From assembly GCA_963804955.1 (NCBI GenBank), contig CAWDSQ010000030.1:96001-160000 (forward strand): a stretch of 64,000 nucleotides of DNA, written 5' to 3'. This document shows positions 21,755-31,801 of the stretch, in pieces. The translations under genes and the position numbers were made by a program. Source of the stretch: an uncultured delta proteobacterium. GTDB taxonomy: Bacteria > Desulfobacterota > WTBG01 > CAIYCZ01 > CAIRTM01. A model generated the notes under the pieces. The model had not been told where the DNA came from. It was given only the letters and a program-made list of their open reading frames with translations, and did not search any database. The stretch's first letter is position 1. Every line of letters begins with the position of its first letter.

Positions 21755-22774
21755 ATGAAACCGATATCTCATATCCTTGCCGGCGACAAGCTCCTTGCGC
21801 CATATGCTGAGACTGCAGCATTGCCATCACTCGCCGGGCGTCTGTCCGCATTCATACGACAGCAGCTTGCAACCTGGCCCGAGCTGCGGGATGCCCATGA
21901 GGGGCTGCGGCAGAGCCTGTATAAAAGTCTATTTCTTGCCGATCTGGAAGTCAGGCTCCAGCATAACCCCTTCCGCATGAAAAGCTCTTCGGCAAAAGTA
22001 GACAGGCAGTCCATAGAAAAGCGGCCGTGCTTTCTCTGTCCGGACAATCTCTATCCTCATCAGCGGGCGCTTGGCTATCGCGATGAGTGGCTCATACTGT
22101 GCAATCCCTATCCCATCTTTGCCGACCACCTGGTCATTTCACATAAGGAGCACAGGCTGCAGGAGATAGTTTCCTGCCTTGGTGCGATGATTTCATTTGT
22201 CGTTGATCTGCACGGCGGATTCGAAACATTCTATAACGGCCCGGCCTGCGGCGCATCTGCCCCCGACCATCTGCACTTTCAGGCATATCCGGCAGGGGAG
22301 GGCATACCGCTTGTGCCGCAGGTTCAGCTTTTACTTGCTGCAGGGATGGGGTTCTCTCAGATCGATGCTCTGCACGGGCAGGGCGCCTGCTTTGAAGGAG
22401 AGATCGATTGCCGCGGCGTTTTTATCTGCCGCAGCCCGGATCCTGCTGTGCTTGAAGCTAGCCTGATTCGCGCAGTCAGCCACCTGAAGAAGGTGACCCG
22501 TGCGCAGGATGAGCCCCTTGTAAATATTTTAATTGCCGCAGACGGCCCCGACCTTATCGGCATTCTTCTGCCGCGCAAAGCGCACCGGCCTGCCTGCTAT
22601 TTCAGCCAGGACGGCGACTATATGGTTGTGAGCCCGGGGGCTGTTGATGTGGGCGGGCTGCTGGTGCTGCCGCGCCGTGAAGACTATGAGCGCATGACCC
22701 GCGAGAAGGTGCTGGGGATTTTTTCCGAGGTGTGCCTGGGCCGGGATATTTTAGAAAATTTTCAGATAGCTTAG
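21755..22774 (+). CDS. DUF4922-like HIT-fold nucleotide phosphorylase
   Basis: RPCFLC, LCNPYPIF, FYNGPACGASAPDHLHFQ and SPGAVDVGG motifs. Confidence 0.75.
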   Translation: MKPISHILAGDKLLAPYAETAALPSLAGRLSAFIRQQLATWPELRDAHEGLRQSLYKSLFLADLEVRLQHNPFRMKSSSAKVDRQSIEKRPCFLCPDNLYPHQRALGYRDEWLILCNPYPIFADHLVISHKEHRLQEIVSCLGAMISFVVDLHGGFETFYNGPACGASAPDHLHFQAYPAGEGIPLVPQVQLLLAAGMGFSQIDALHGQGACFEGEIDCRGVFICRSPDPAVLEASLIRAVSHLKKVTRAQDEPLVNILIAADGPDLIGILLPRKAHRPACYFSQDGDYMVVSPGAVDVGGLLVLPRREDYERMTREKVLGIFSEVCLGRDILENFQIA

Positions 22775-22970
22775 TTCGCAGAGGCTCAAAATTTTGCGCC
22801 CCTGCTTTTTATGGTACCATTAAATAAATTGCCGCAACACAGTTAGATGCTATTTCTTCTTTTTTTATACATTTCTTTAGCTCTTGACAAAATTCAAGCA
22901 ACAAGATATTTTGTCTTTTAATGTCCAGTTTTGGGCAATATGGTTTAACATAAAGAATAAATAAGGCAAA

Positions 22971-23660
22971 ATGAGACTCACTATAAAAGATTTATCCGAG
23001 CTTTTAAACGTCACGGAAAAGACGATTCGTCGCTGGATAAAAGAGGGGAGCATACCTGCCTATAAAATCAATGGACAGTATCGCTTCAACCGCACGGAAA
23101 TTCTTGAATGGTCAACCTCACGGCGCTTGAATGCGCCGGTGGAAATATTTCAGGAGCCTGAATCAGAACAGGTGATGAGCCTGACGGATGCGCTCACCGC
23201 AGGCGGTGTTTTTTATCGCATAAGCGGCTCGGATAAAGAATCAGCGCTGAAGGCTATTGTCGAGGTATTGAGGCTTCCCGATGATGCCGACCGGGGCTAT
23301 CTGCTGCAGTTTCTTCTTGCCCGGGAGGCAATGTCATCGACCGGCATTGGCGACGGCATCGCAATACCCCATGTGCGCAATCCCATAGTGCTGCATGTGC
23401 CGCAGCCCATGATAACGCTCTGCTTCCTTGAAAAGCCGATACATTTTTCGTCTCTTGACGGGCAGCCGGTCAACTGCCTGTTCACGCTTGTTGCGCCGAC
23501 AGTGCGCACGCATCTGTTTCTGCTGTCACGGCTTTCCTTTGTGCTGCGGGATCCTGAATTTAAGCAAATGATTAAAGAGCAGCGCTCCCGGGAAGAGATA
23601 CTGCAAAAAGTCCATGATCTGGAAGCAGCATTAGCCTCCGACGGGGCAGGAGGTCTGTAA
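22971..23660 (+). CDS. Excisionase-like HTH fused to a PTS EIIA (PtsN/Fru-type) domain
   Basis: LTIKDLSELLNVTEKTIRRWIKEGSIPAYKI HTH; REAMSSTGIGDGIAIPH with the phospho-His. Confidence 0.88.
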   Translation: MRLTIKDLSELLNVTEKTIRRWIKEGSIPAYKINGQYRFNRTEILEWSTSRRLNAPVEIFQEPESEQVMSLTDALTAGGVFYRISGSDKESALKAIVEVLRLPDDADRGYLLQFLLAREAMSSTGIGDGIAIPHVRNPIVLHVPQPMITLCFLEKPIHFSSLDGQPVNCLFTLVAPTVRTHLFLLSRLSFVLRDPEFKQMIKEQRSREEILQKVHDLEAALASDGAGGL

Positions 23661-23662
23661 CG

Positions 23663-25637
23663 GTGCTGCTGCTTCTTCTGGCCCTGGGAATCATTGTTAT
23701 AAGCGGTTGCGCTGCTCTGACAGTTTGGAACAAGCCCGTGCTCAGCAGCTGCATCGGCGCCGGCGGCACGGTGCTTGGCTGCGCTGTGGGCATCATCCCC
23801 GCGCTGGAGGTGCTCCTGGGAGGCGCCACCCGGTCGCTGCGCTGTGCCTGGAGCATGCCGTACGGGTCTTTTTTTATACAGCTTGACAGCCTTGTCCGCT
23901 TTTTTCCTTCTGCCGGTGTTTCTGCTCTCAGCCCTTGCCGCCGTCTATGGCGGGCAGTATCTGATGAAATATAAAGATACAAACAAGCTCGGGCTCGCAT
24001 GGTTTTTTTATACCCTCCTTGTTGCCAGCATGGCACTGGTGTGCCTGGCGCGCAACGCGGTCCTGTTTCTCATAGCCTGGGAAATAATGGCGCTTGCGTC
24101 TTTTTTTCTTGTGGCCTTCGAAAATGAAAAGCCGCAGGTGCGCAGGTCTTCATGGATATATATGGTTGCCACCCATCTGGGCACGGCCTGCCTGCTGCCG
24201 ATGTTTCTCATCTTCGGCGCCTCTGCCGGATCCCTTGACTTTGACCGGTTTGCTCACAGCCTGCCGCAGCCTTTGGCAAGCATCTGTTTTATCCTTGCGC
24301 TTATCGGGTTCGGCACAAAGGCCGGCATCATCCCCTTTCATGTGTGGCTCCCCGAGGCCCATCCTGCAGCCCCAAGCCATGTATCTGCCCTCATGTCGGG
24401 CATAATGATTAAAACCGGCATTTACGGCATAGTCCGCATGCTGACCTTTTTTGATGTGCCGCCCTTGTGGTGGGGCTGGCTGGTGCTTGCCATCGGCATT
24501 ATTTCCGGCGTGCTCGGCGTGCTGTTTGCCCTGGCGCAGCATGATCTTAAAGGCCTTCTTGCCTACCACAGCGTTGAGAATATCGGCATTATCATGATGG
24601 GGCTGGGAGTCGGCCTTATCGGCTGGAGCGCAGCTGTTCCCTCTGTTGCCATACTGGGTATGGCAGGCGGGCTTTTTCATGTAGTCAATCATGCGCTGTT
24701 CAAGGGCCTGCTCTTTCTGGGGGCCGGCTCCGTGTATCAGGCCGCGCATACCAGGGAGATCGACCATCTTGGCGGCCTTATCAAAAAAATGCCCTGTACC
24801 GGCGCCTGCTTTCTCGTCGGAGCAGTCGCCATTTCGGGCTTGCCGCCCCTGAATGGTTTTTTAAGTGAATTTTTAATCTTTCTCGGCTCGCTGCGCGGCG
24901 CGATTTCCATGAGCGCAGATGTTGCCGTGCCGCTTATCGGTGCTGTTGCGGGGCTGGCCCTCATCGGCGGGCTTGCGGCGGCCTGTTTCACCAAGGCCTT
25001 CGGCATAGTTTTTCTCGGTGAGCCGCGCTCGAAGCCTGCTGCCGATGCCCGTGAGTCCGGGCCTCTGATGGTGGCGCCGATGGTGCTGCTTGCCGCAGCC
25101 TGCGTTGCTGTGGGATTCCTCGGCTTCTGCATCGTGCCGGCCATGTCCGGGGTCGTTTCAGGCATACTTGGCTTTGATGCCGGCCCCGAGCTGAAGATAG
25201 CGGGAGGCTGTCTTGGCTCTATTACGGCCGCATCGATAGCGCTGCTGCTGCTGGTGGCCTGCTTCGCCTGGCTCCGCCGCCTGCTGCTGTCGGGCAGGGA
25301 GGTCGGCAGCGCCGTTACCTGGGACTGCGGCTACACAGCGCCGACCCCGCGCATGCAGTATACGGCCTCGTCTTTTGCCCAGCCCGTCACCCATTTTTTC
25401 GGTTCTTTACTGGGCACAAAAAAGCACCTGCAGATCGGCGGGCAGTATTTCCCCGGCGCGGCGGAATTTGCAACGCACACGCAGGATATGGGCTATGAAA
25501 AACTCTACCGGCCTGTTTTTACGGCGGTGAAGCAGTTCTGCGAGCGCTTCCTTGTTCTGCAGCATGGCCGCATGCACCTGTATGTGCTGTCTATCGTGGC
25601 AACGCTCGTGGTGCTGCTTGTCTGGCAATTGGGGTAG
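23663..25637 (+). CDS. HyfB/NuoL-like proton-translocating subunit (frameshift near 23895)
   Basis: FLIAWEIM, GFGTKAGIIPFHVWLPEAHPAAPSHVSALMSG, LAYHSVENIG and WDCG motifs. Confidence 0.88.
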
Positions 25638-25640
25638 GGT

Positions 25641-26540
25641 ATGCATGCTGAAGCATTCATGAATATTATTCTGGGCATTGCGTGTGCGCCGCTTCTGGCG
25701 GGCATAATCAGCAGGGTAAAGGCCCTTGTCGCCGGCCGCACGGGCCAGCCCCTGCTGCAGCTGTACTTTGATATCTATAAAAATTTCCGCAAGGGCGCGG
25801 TCTACAGCACGACCACGTCATGGCTGTTTCGCGCGGGCCCGGTCGTGGGGCTGGCGGCTGCGCTGACAGCGCTGGCCATAGTGCCCGCAGTCGGCTGCGC
25901 CGCGCCCCTGGCATTCACCGGCGATTTGCTCCTGTTTGCGTATCTGCTGGGGATCATGCGGTTTTTCACTGTTCTGGCGGCCCTTGATACGGGCTCAAGC
26001 TTTGAGGGCATGGGTGCCAGCCGCGAAGTGTTTTTCTCGGCCCTTGCCGAGCCTGCGCTGCTGCTGGGCCTGGCCGCGGTTGCGCGCAAAACAGGCACCC
26101 TGGAGCTCTCCGGGATGCTTGCCGCAACCTCGGCCACCTCACCCGAGCTGGTGCTCGTGCTTGCTGCCTTGTGCATCATTTTTTTATGCGAAAACGCCCG
26201 CATCCCCTTTGATGACCCGAGCACGCATCTTGAGCTGACCATGATTCATGAGGTCATGGCTCTTGATCACAGCGGGCCGGATTTTGCTTTTATTGAATGC
26301 GGGGCAGCACTGAAGATGTGGGTGCTCGGGTCGGTTATCGTGGGCCTCGTGCTGTCCGGGGCGGGTGAACATTCCTGGTTCATACATGGCGCAGCGTTTC
26401 TGGCCGGCATGTTCGTGCTGGCGGTTTCAGTGGGCACTGTCGAATCGGTTATGGCGCGGCTGCGGCTGCTCAGAGTGCCGCAGCTGCTGATAGCGGCGGG
26501 TGTTCTGTCGGCCTTTGCTTTTATACTGGTTTTGAGGTAG
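25641..26540 (+). CDS. HyfC/HycD/NuoH-like membrane subunit
   Basis: GRTGQPLLQ, LDTGSSFEGMGASRE and ENARIPFDDPSTHLELTMIHE motifs. Confidence 0.9.
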   Translation: MHAEAFMNIILGIACAPLLAGIISRVKALVAGRTGQPLLQLYFDIYKNFRKGAVYSTTTSWLFRAGPVVGLAAALTALAIVPAVGCAAPLAFTGDLLLFAYLLGIMRFFTVLAALDTGSSFEGMGASREVFFSALAEPALLLGLAAVARKTGTLELSGMLAATSATSPELVLVLAALCIIFLCENARIPFDDPSTHLELTMIHEVMALDHSGPDFAFIECGAALKMWVLGSVIVGLVLSGAGEHSWFIHGAAFLAGMFVLAVSVGTVESVMARLRLLRVPQLLIAAGVLSAFAFILVLR

Positions 26541-26545
26541 CCCGG

Positions 26546-27190
26546 ATGGCATCCCTTGTCGAAACAGCCATGATGCTGCTCATACTCACGGATATGGCCC
26601 TGCTGGGCCTGAGCCGCCTGCGGCCCTGCATTGCCGTTTCGGCATTCCAGGGCATGCTGCTGGGCGCGTTCACCATCCTGGCCCACCTGCACGCCCTGGC
26701 GCCCCGCATTATCATCATCGGGCTGGCGAGCTTTGCCCTGAAGGGCTTTGTCTTCCCGTGGCTTCTTCGCCGCAGCATCCGGGAGGCCGATGTGCATGCC
26801 GAGCTTGAGCCCTATGTCGGCTTCAGCCTGTCGATACTGGCCGGCATAGGCATGCTGGGGGCGTCGGTCTGGCTGAGCGGCCAGCTGCCGCTTGCCGCGC
26901 CGGCGGGCGGGAATGTTGTCGTGCCGGCGGCCCTGACGACTTTTTTTACCGGCCTGTTCCTGATCGTGGCGCGCAAAAAAGCCATAACGCAATGCCTCGG
27001 CTATATCATTATGGAAAACGGCATCTATGTCATCGGCATCATGTCGGTGGTGCATGTTCCCGCCCTGGTGGAGCTTGGCATCCTGCTGGATGTATCCGTT
27101 GCGGTGCTGGTTATGGGCGTGGCGATTTTTCATATCAACCGCCAGTTTGATCATATTGATACGGATCAGCTGGACAGCCTGAAGGGATAA
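26546..27190 (+). CDS. HyfE-like membrane subunit
   Basis: Hydrophobic; MENGI and VELGILLD motifs; operon position. Confidence 0.85.
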   Translation: MASLVETAMMLLILTDMALLGLSRLRPCIAVSAFQGMLLGAFTILAHLHALAPRIIIIGLASFALKGFVFPWLLRRSIREADVHAELEPYVGFSLSILAGIGMLGASVWLSGQLPLAAPAGGNVVVPAALTTFFTGLFLIVARKKAITQCLGYIIMENGIYVIGIMSVVHVPALVELGILLDVSVAVLVMGVAIFHINRQFDHIDTDQLDSLKG

Positions 27191-27205
27191 AGGTTTTGCG
27201 CACTC

Positions 27206-28717
27206 ATGCTTCATGAAACAGCGCTCTGGCTTCCGCTGCTGATCCCGTTTGCCGCCGGGTTCATCTGCACGGTCCTGCCCACGGCGCGAAGCGCTTTTGC
27301 GGCCATGTGCTGCTGCGTGCTTGCCACGGCCATTGCGGGTTTTCCCGTACTGCTCCAGGTGTTTCAGCACGGGCCTGTCTATGCCGCGTCGAAGTGGCTT
27401 TTTCTGGACGGGCTTTCCGCCTATCACTACGGCGTGATGCTTGTAATTTACTGCCTGAGCTCTGCCTATGCCTGGGTGTACTTCGGCGAAGAGCTCGACA
27501 AGGGGCAGCTTATCCGCAAGCAGGCGCGGCTGTTTTCCGGCCTGTGGTGCTTTTCCCTGTCAGCCATGACCCTGGTTCTTTTTTCAAACAATCTGGGGAT
27601 CATGTGGGTGGGTGTTGAAGCAACGACGCTTATCACCGCTTTTCTCATCTGCATCCATGTGTCCCGTGAATCAATGGAGGCCATGTGGAAATATATCGTT
27701 ATCTCGTCGGTGGGGATAGCCTTTGCTTTCATGGGGACGCTGCTTGCCGCCGCCGCAGCCCGGGGCGCCGTCGCTCAGGATGCCCTTCTGTGGACCGTCC
27801 TGCGGGATAATGCAGCAGCCCTTGACCCAAGGCTTATGAAGGCCGCTTTTATTTTTCTGCTTGTCGGCTACGGCACCAAGGCGGGACTGGCGCCCATGCA
27901 CAGCTGGCTGCCCGATGCCCACAGCAAGGCGCCCGCGCCGGTCTCGGCGATGTTTTCCGGTTTTATGCTCAATGCGGCTCTGTACTGCATCATGCGCTAT
28001 ATACCCATTACGCAAACCGCCACGGGAGGTTCGGGCTGGCCCCTGAACCTGCTGGCCGGCCTTGGGCTTATCTCGATTATCATTGCCGCGATTTTTATTC
28101 TTTTTCAGAAAGATGTGAAGCGCCTGCTTGCCTATCACAGCGTGGAGCACCTGGGCATCATAGCCCTCGGGCTGGGGCTTGGCGGCCTCGGGACCTTTGC
28201 GGCGCTTTTTCACACCCTCAATCATTCACTGTGCAAAAGCCTGTCGTTTTTTGCCGCCGGCCGGCTCGGCCAGATGTGCGGCACGTATGATATGGAGAAG
28301 CTCTCCGGCAGTTTCAGGGTGTCGCCCCTCTGGGGCGCGGGCATGTTCTGCAGCATTCTTGCGCTGATCGGGCTTGCGCCGTTTGCCCTGTTCATGAGCG
28401 AACTGCAGCTTGTCAAGGCAGCCCTTGACAGCGGCTCCGTCACAGCCCTTGTTCTGTTTCTTGCGGGGTCATCTATTGTGTTTATCGGCGCCCTGCAGCA
28501 TGCCATCCCCCTTGCCTGGGGAACGCCGCAGGGCGCTGCCAAAGCCCTGCGGTTAAAGGGCCTTGAGGCGCTGCTGGTCGTGCTTCCGCTTGCGGCTCTT
28601 CTGGCGCTGGGGATATGGCTTCCCGGGCCGCTTATTGCCGTGCTGAACAGCGCGGCAGGCATTCTGCAGTCAACCCTCCCGGCTCAGGCAGCGGGCCTTT
28701 CAGGATATATGCCATGA
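27206..28717 (+). CDS. HyfF/NuoM-like proton-translocating subunit
   Basis: WVGVEATT, EAMWKY, GYGTKAGLAPMHSWLPDAHS and LAYHSVEH motifs. Confidence 0.9.
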   Translation: MLHETALWLPLLIPFAAGFICTVLPTARSAFAAMCCCVLATAIAGFPVLLQVFQHGPVYAASKWLFLDGLSAYHYGVMLVIYCLSSAYAWVYFGEELDKGQLIRKQARLFSGLWCFSLSAMTLVLFSNNLGIMWVGVEATTLITAFLICIHVSRESMEAMWKYIVISSVGIAFAFMGTLLAAAAARGAVAQDALLWTVLRDNAAALDPRLMKAAFIFLLVGYGTKAGLAPMHSWLPDAHSKAPAPVSAMFSGFMLNAALYCIMRYIPITQTATGGSGWPLNLLAGLGLISIIIAAIFILFQKDVKRLLAYHSVEHLGIIALGLGLGGLGTFAALFHTLNHSLCKSLSFFAAGRLGQMCGTYDMEKLSGSFRVSPLWGAGMFCSILALIGLAPFALFMSELQLVKAALDSGSVTALVLFLAGSSIVFIGALQHAIPLAWGTPQGAAKALRLKGLEALLVVLPLAALLALGIWLPGPLIAVLNSAAGILQSTLPAQAAGLSGYMP

Positions 28718-30222
28718 CGACGGCTCCTTTCCTGACGATGCAGAACAGCACGGCCATACCGCTCAGCACAGTGCCGCTGGCGCCGGCGCCTGTTTTCCGG
28801 GATGCTGTTCTTCGCGGCATTGCCGACGGCGCGAGGATAAGCGCCCTTTTCGGCGTGCCGGATCAGGCGGACACCCTGCTCCGGTTATTTGCCGTTCTGG
28901 CCGATGATGAAAATGCGCGGCTGGCTATTGCCTCAACGCTGGTCGAGGGAGCCTATCCGTCCCTTACCCCCGATTGCCCCCAGGCGCATCTGTTTGAGCG
29001 TGAGCTCTATGAGCAGTGGGGCATCGTGCCCGAAGGACACCCCTGGCTCAAGCCCGTCCGCTTTCAGGCACGCTATGCAGACGGCCACTCCGGCCTGAAG
29101 CCGGTTATTGGCATAGCAGATTTTTTTCATCTTGAAGGGGCTGAGGTTCATGAAGTAGCCGTGGGGCCCGTGCATGCCGGCATTATCGAGCCCGGCCATT
29201 TCCGCTTTCAGTGCCATGGCGAGGATGTGTACCATCTTGAAATATCCCTTGGCTATCAGCATCGCGGCATTGAGCCGGCGCTGATCCGGGGGCCGGGCAA
29301 GCGGCTGCCTCACTATATGGAAACCCTTGCCGGCGATACGACCATCGGCCATGCAACAGCCTATGCTCAGGCCATGGAAGCGCTTGCCGGCTGCATGGCC
29401 CCGCCGCGGGCCCAGGCCCTGCGCGGCATAGCCCTTGAGCTTGAGCGGGCAGCCAATCATACCGGCGATCTGGGCGCCCTGGCAGGCGATATCGGGTATC
29501 TGCCCACTGCTTCTTATTGCGGCCGCATACGCGGAGATTTTCTTAATCTGACGGCGCTGCTGTGCGGCAGCCGCTTCGGCAGAGGACTGGTGAGCCCCGG
29601 GGGCGTGCTGTATGATATTGACGCAGAGCGTGCGGCCCGGCTGAAAGACAGGCTGCTGCAGGCGCAGAGAGATGTTGCCGGCGCTGTCAATCTGCTGTGG
29701 GAAACGCCTTCGGTCATGGCGCGCTTTGAACAGACAGGCGTGCTGCCGCCCGATGCCGCAGCAGAACTTGGCCTGGTCGGCCCGGCTGCGCGCGCCTCTG
29801 GCGTAGAGCGCGACATTCGCTATGATTTCCCATCGGGGATATACCGCTTTGCCCAGGTTCCCGTATCAACCTGGGGCACGGGTGATGTTTTCGGCCGCGC
29901 CTATGTGCGCTGGCTTGAACTGCAGCGCTCGCTGGCATTCATACTGGGTCAGCTTGAAATGCTGCCTGCGGGTGAGATCATGGCAGCTCCCCAAAAGCCT
30001 GCCCCGAACAGCCTTGCCGTTTCTCTGGTCGAGGGCTGGCGCGGTGAAATCTGCCATGTCGCCATAACCGGCGGGCAGGGCGGCTTCAGCCGGTATAAAA
30101 TTGTCGATCCGTCTTTTCATAACTGGATGGGGCTTGCCATTGCCATGAGAAATCAGCAGATATCTGATTTCCCGCTGTGCAATAAAAGCTTTAATCTTTC
30201 CTACTGCGGCCATGATTTGTGA
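28714..30222 (+). CDS. HycE/HyfG-like (NuoC+D) large subunit lacking [NiFe] ligands (Ehr type)
   Basis: ATGA overlap with the previous gene. VGPVHAGIIEPGHFRF, LGYQHRG and EGWRGE are present, but both CxxC Ni-binding motifs are absent (ETLAGDT; NKSFNLSYCGHDL). Confidence 0.88.
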   Translation: MTTAPFLTMQNSTAIPLSTVPLAPAPVFRDAVLRGIADGARISALFGVPDQADTLLRLFAVLADDENARLAIASTLVEGAYPSLTPDCPQAHLFERELYEQWGIVPEGHPWLKPVRFQARYADGHSGLKPVIGIADFFHLEGAEVHEVAVGPVHAGIIEPGHFRFQCHGEDVYHLEISLGYQHRGIEPALIRGPGKRLPHYMETLAGDTTIGHATAYAQAMEALAGCMAPPRAQALRGIALELERAANHTGDLGALAGDIGYLPTASYCGRIRGDFLNLTALLCGSRFGRGLVSPGGVLYDIDAERAARLKDRLLQAQRDVAGAVNLLWETPSVMARFEQTGVLPPDAAAELGLVGPAARASGVERDIRYDFPSGIYRFAQVPVSTWGTGDVFGRAYVRWLELQRSLAFILGQLEMLPAGEIMAAPQKPAPNSLAVSLVEGWRGEICHVAITGGQGGFSRYKIVDPSFHNWMGLAIAMRNQQISDFPLCNKSFNLSYCGHDL

Positions 30223-30231
30223 GCTGATATT

Positions 30232-30978
30232 ATGCTGAAAGTACTGCGTGCCTCTTTGCAGCAGGGGCATCAAACGACTGCCTATCCCGAAATCGAGCCG
30301 GTTCTTCCGGACCGGTTCCGGGGCCTTCCCGTGCTCGACAGGTCTCGCTGCCCTGCGGACTGCAGATTGTGTAGAGATGCCTGCCCGACTGATGCGCTCT
30401 GCGAAGGCCTGAAAATTGATCTCGGCCGCTGCCTGTTTTGCGGCACCTGCAGCCGGGCCTGCCCGGCGGGGGCAATCAGCTTTTCGCAGGACTATCGCCT
30501 GAGCGTTCGAAAACGCGAAGACCTGGTTCTGGACAAAAATGCGTTGAAGCTGGCCGGGGCGCTGGATAAAAAAAGCAAAGCCCTGTTCGGCCGTTCCTTA
30601 AAGCTGCGGCAGGTAAGCGCGGGGGGATGTAATGCCTGCGAAGCGGATACGAATGTTTTGAATACCGTCGGCTGGGACCTGGGCAGGTTCGGCATACAGT
30701 TTGTTGCCTCGCCCCGTCATGCAGACGGTTTGCTTGTTACCGGGCCTGTTTCAGGCAATATGTTTTCAGCGCTTAAAAAAACCTATGATGCTGCCTCCTG
30801 GCCCAAGCTGGTGATCGCCGTCGGGGCCTGCGCCCTTTCCGGCGGCATGTATCGGGACCATCCGGAAGTCAAAAACGGCGCTGATCAGGTTCTGCCGGTT
30901 GATTTATATGTGCCCGGCTGCCCGCCACATCCCCTGACCATTCTTGACGGCCTTCTGCGGCTCCTGGGGAAAATTTAA
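30232..30978 (+). CDS. Ferredoxin-fused HycG/NuoB-like small subunit
   Basis: C..DC..C...CP and CLFCGTC...CP motifs; GGCNACE, ASPRHAD, GACA and GCPP. Confidence 0.9.
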   Translation: MLKVLRASLQQGHQTTAYPEIEPVLPDRFRGLPVLDRSRCPADCRLCRDACPTDALCEGLKIDLGRCLFCGTCSRACPAGAISFSQDYRLSVRKREDLVLDKNALKLAGALDKKSKALFGRSLKLRQVSAGGCNACEADTNVLNTVGWDLGRFGIQFVASPRHADGLLVTGPVSGNMFSALKKTYDAASWPKLVIAVGACALSGGMYRDHPEVKNGADQVLPVDLYVPGCPPHPLTILDGLLRLLGKI

Positions 30979-31019
30979 TTCAAACCCTGCTTGTGAGCCT
31001 TCACATTTGATTTTGTAGG

Positions 31020-31181
31020 CCCCCTCACCCCAACCCTCTCCCATCAGGAGGCTGTCATCTCGACCGAAGGGAGAGATCTTTGTAATAAGTAAAATCAAGG
31101 GCTTAAGATTTCTCACCGCCTGCGGCGGATTCGAAATGACATTAATAAATCAATTGCGTCACAGCCGCTGATGGGAGGGGA
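31020..31181. repeat. Nested REP-like element
   Basis: Outer CCCTCTCCCATCAG / CTGATGGGAGGG enclosing GCTGTCATCTCGACC...CGAAATGACA...CACAGCC; homologous to 47597-47781. Confidence 0.65.
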
Positions 31182-31473
31182 TTAAGTGGAGGGTGATCGC
31201 AACTGATAATTTCAAATGTGATGATCCACTAGTATTCGAGCCGGGTCCATACTCCGCGGCGGAAAGTAATCTCTGTCTACAAGCAGGGGGTCAAAATTTC
31301 GATCCCCTGCGAAAAACCAGGATTGCCACGGCGGACACCCTGCAATGATAGTCGCTGGAATTTTCGCGATTGCATCAGCTTTGAAGATATACAGATTATT
31401 TTACAGCCCCTCTGATTTTTTTTCGCCAATTCCTAACGATATGCCCTTCAAACATAAAAAACTAACACTTTTA

Positions 31474-31710
31474 TGTTTATAATGTGAACAGAGTCCAATA
31501 CTTCCAATATGTTGATTTTCCATGTTTTTGTCAAAACGCCTCTTGATTCGTTGTTTAGGTGTAAAAAATTTAAACAAATACGTCTTCCTATGATCGTGGA
31601 TTTGTTTATTTTATGAACATTTTATTGATAAAATTTAATATTTTTTTATATTTTTATTAAAATTTTGAGTAAAATTTTGACATAAATCCGGTCTTGGTAT
31701 AATTATTGTA
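31474..31710 (+). promoter_or_regulatory. Three TGT-N11-ACA enhancer-like boxes and a putative sigma-54 promoter
   Basis: Boxes at 31474-31490, 31560-31576 and 31603-31619. TTGGTATAATTATTGTA at 31694-31710 is GG-N10-GT, a non-canonical -12. Confidence 0.55.
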
Positions 31711-31801
31711 TATATATAGGTGAGAGCAGAGATGAATGAACTAATACGTTATAGTTTATTTATATTTAAAACCATTAAAGAGAGAGCAGAAGGAGGAAAC
31801 A

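Noticed and set aside
28714..30222. Functional [NiFe] hydrogenase / formate hydrogenlyase
   Set aside because: Both Ni-binding CxxC motifs are absent, and no maturation protease or hyp genes are present in the window.
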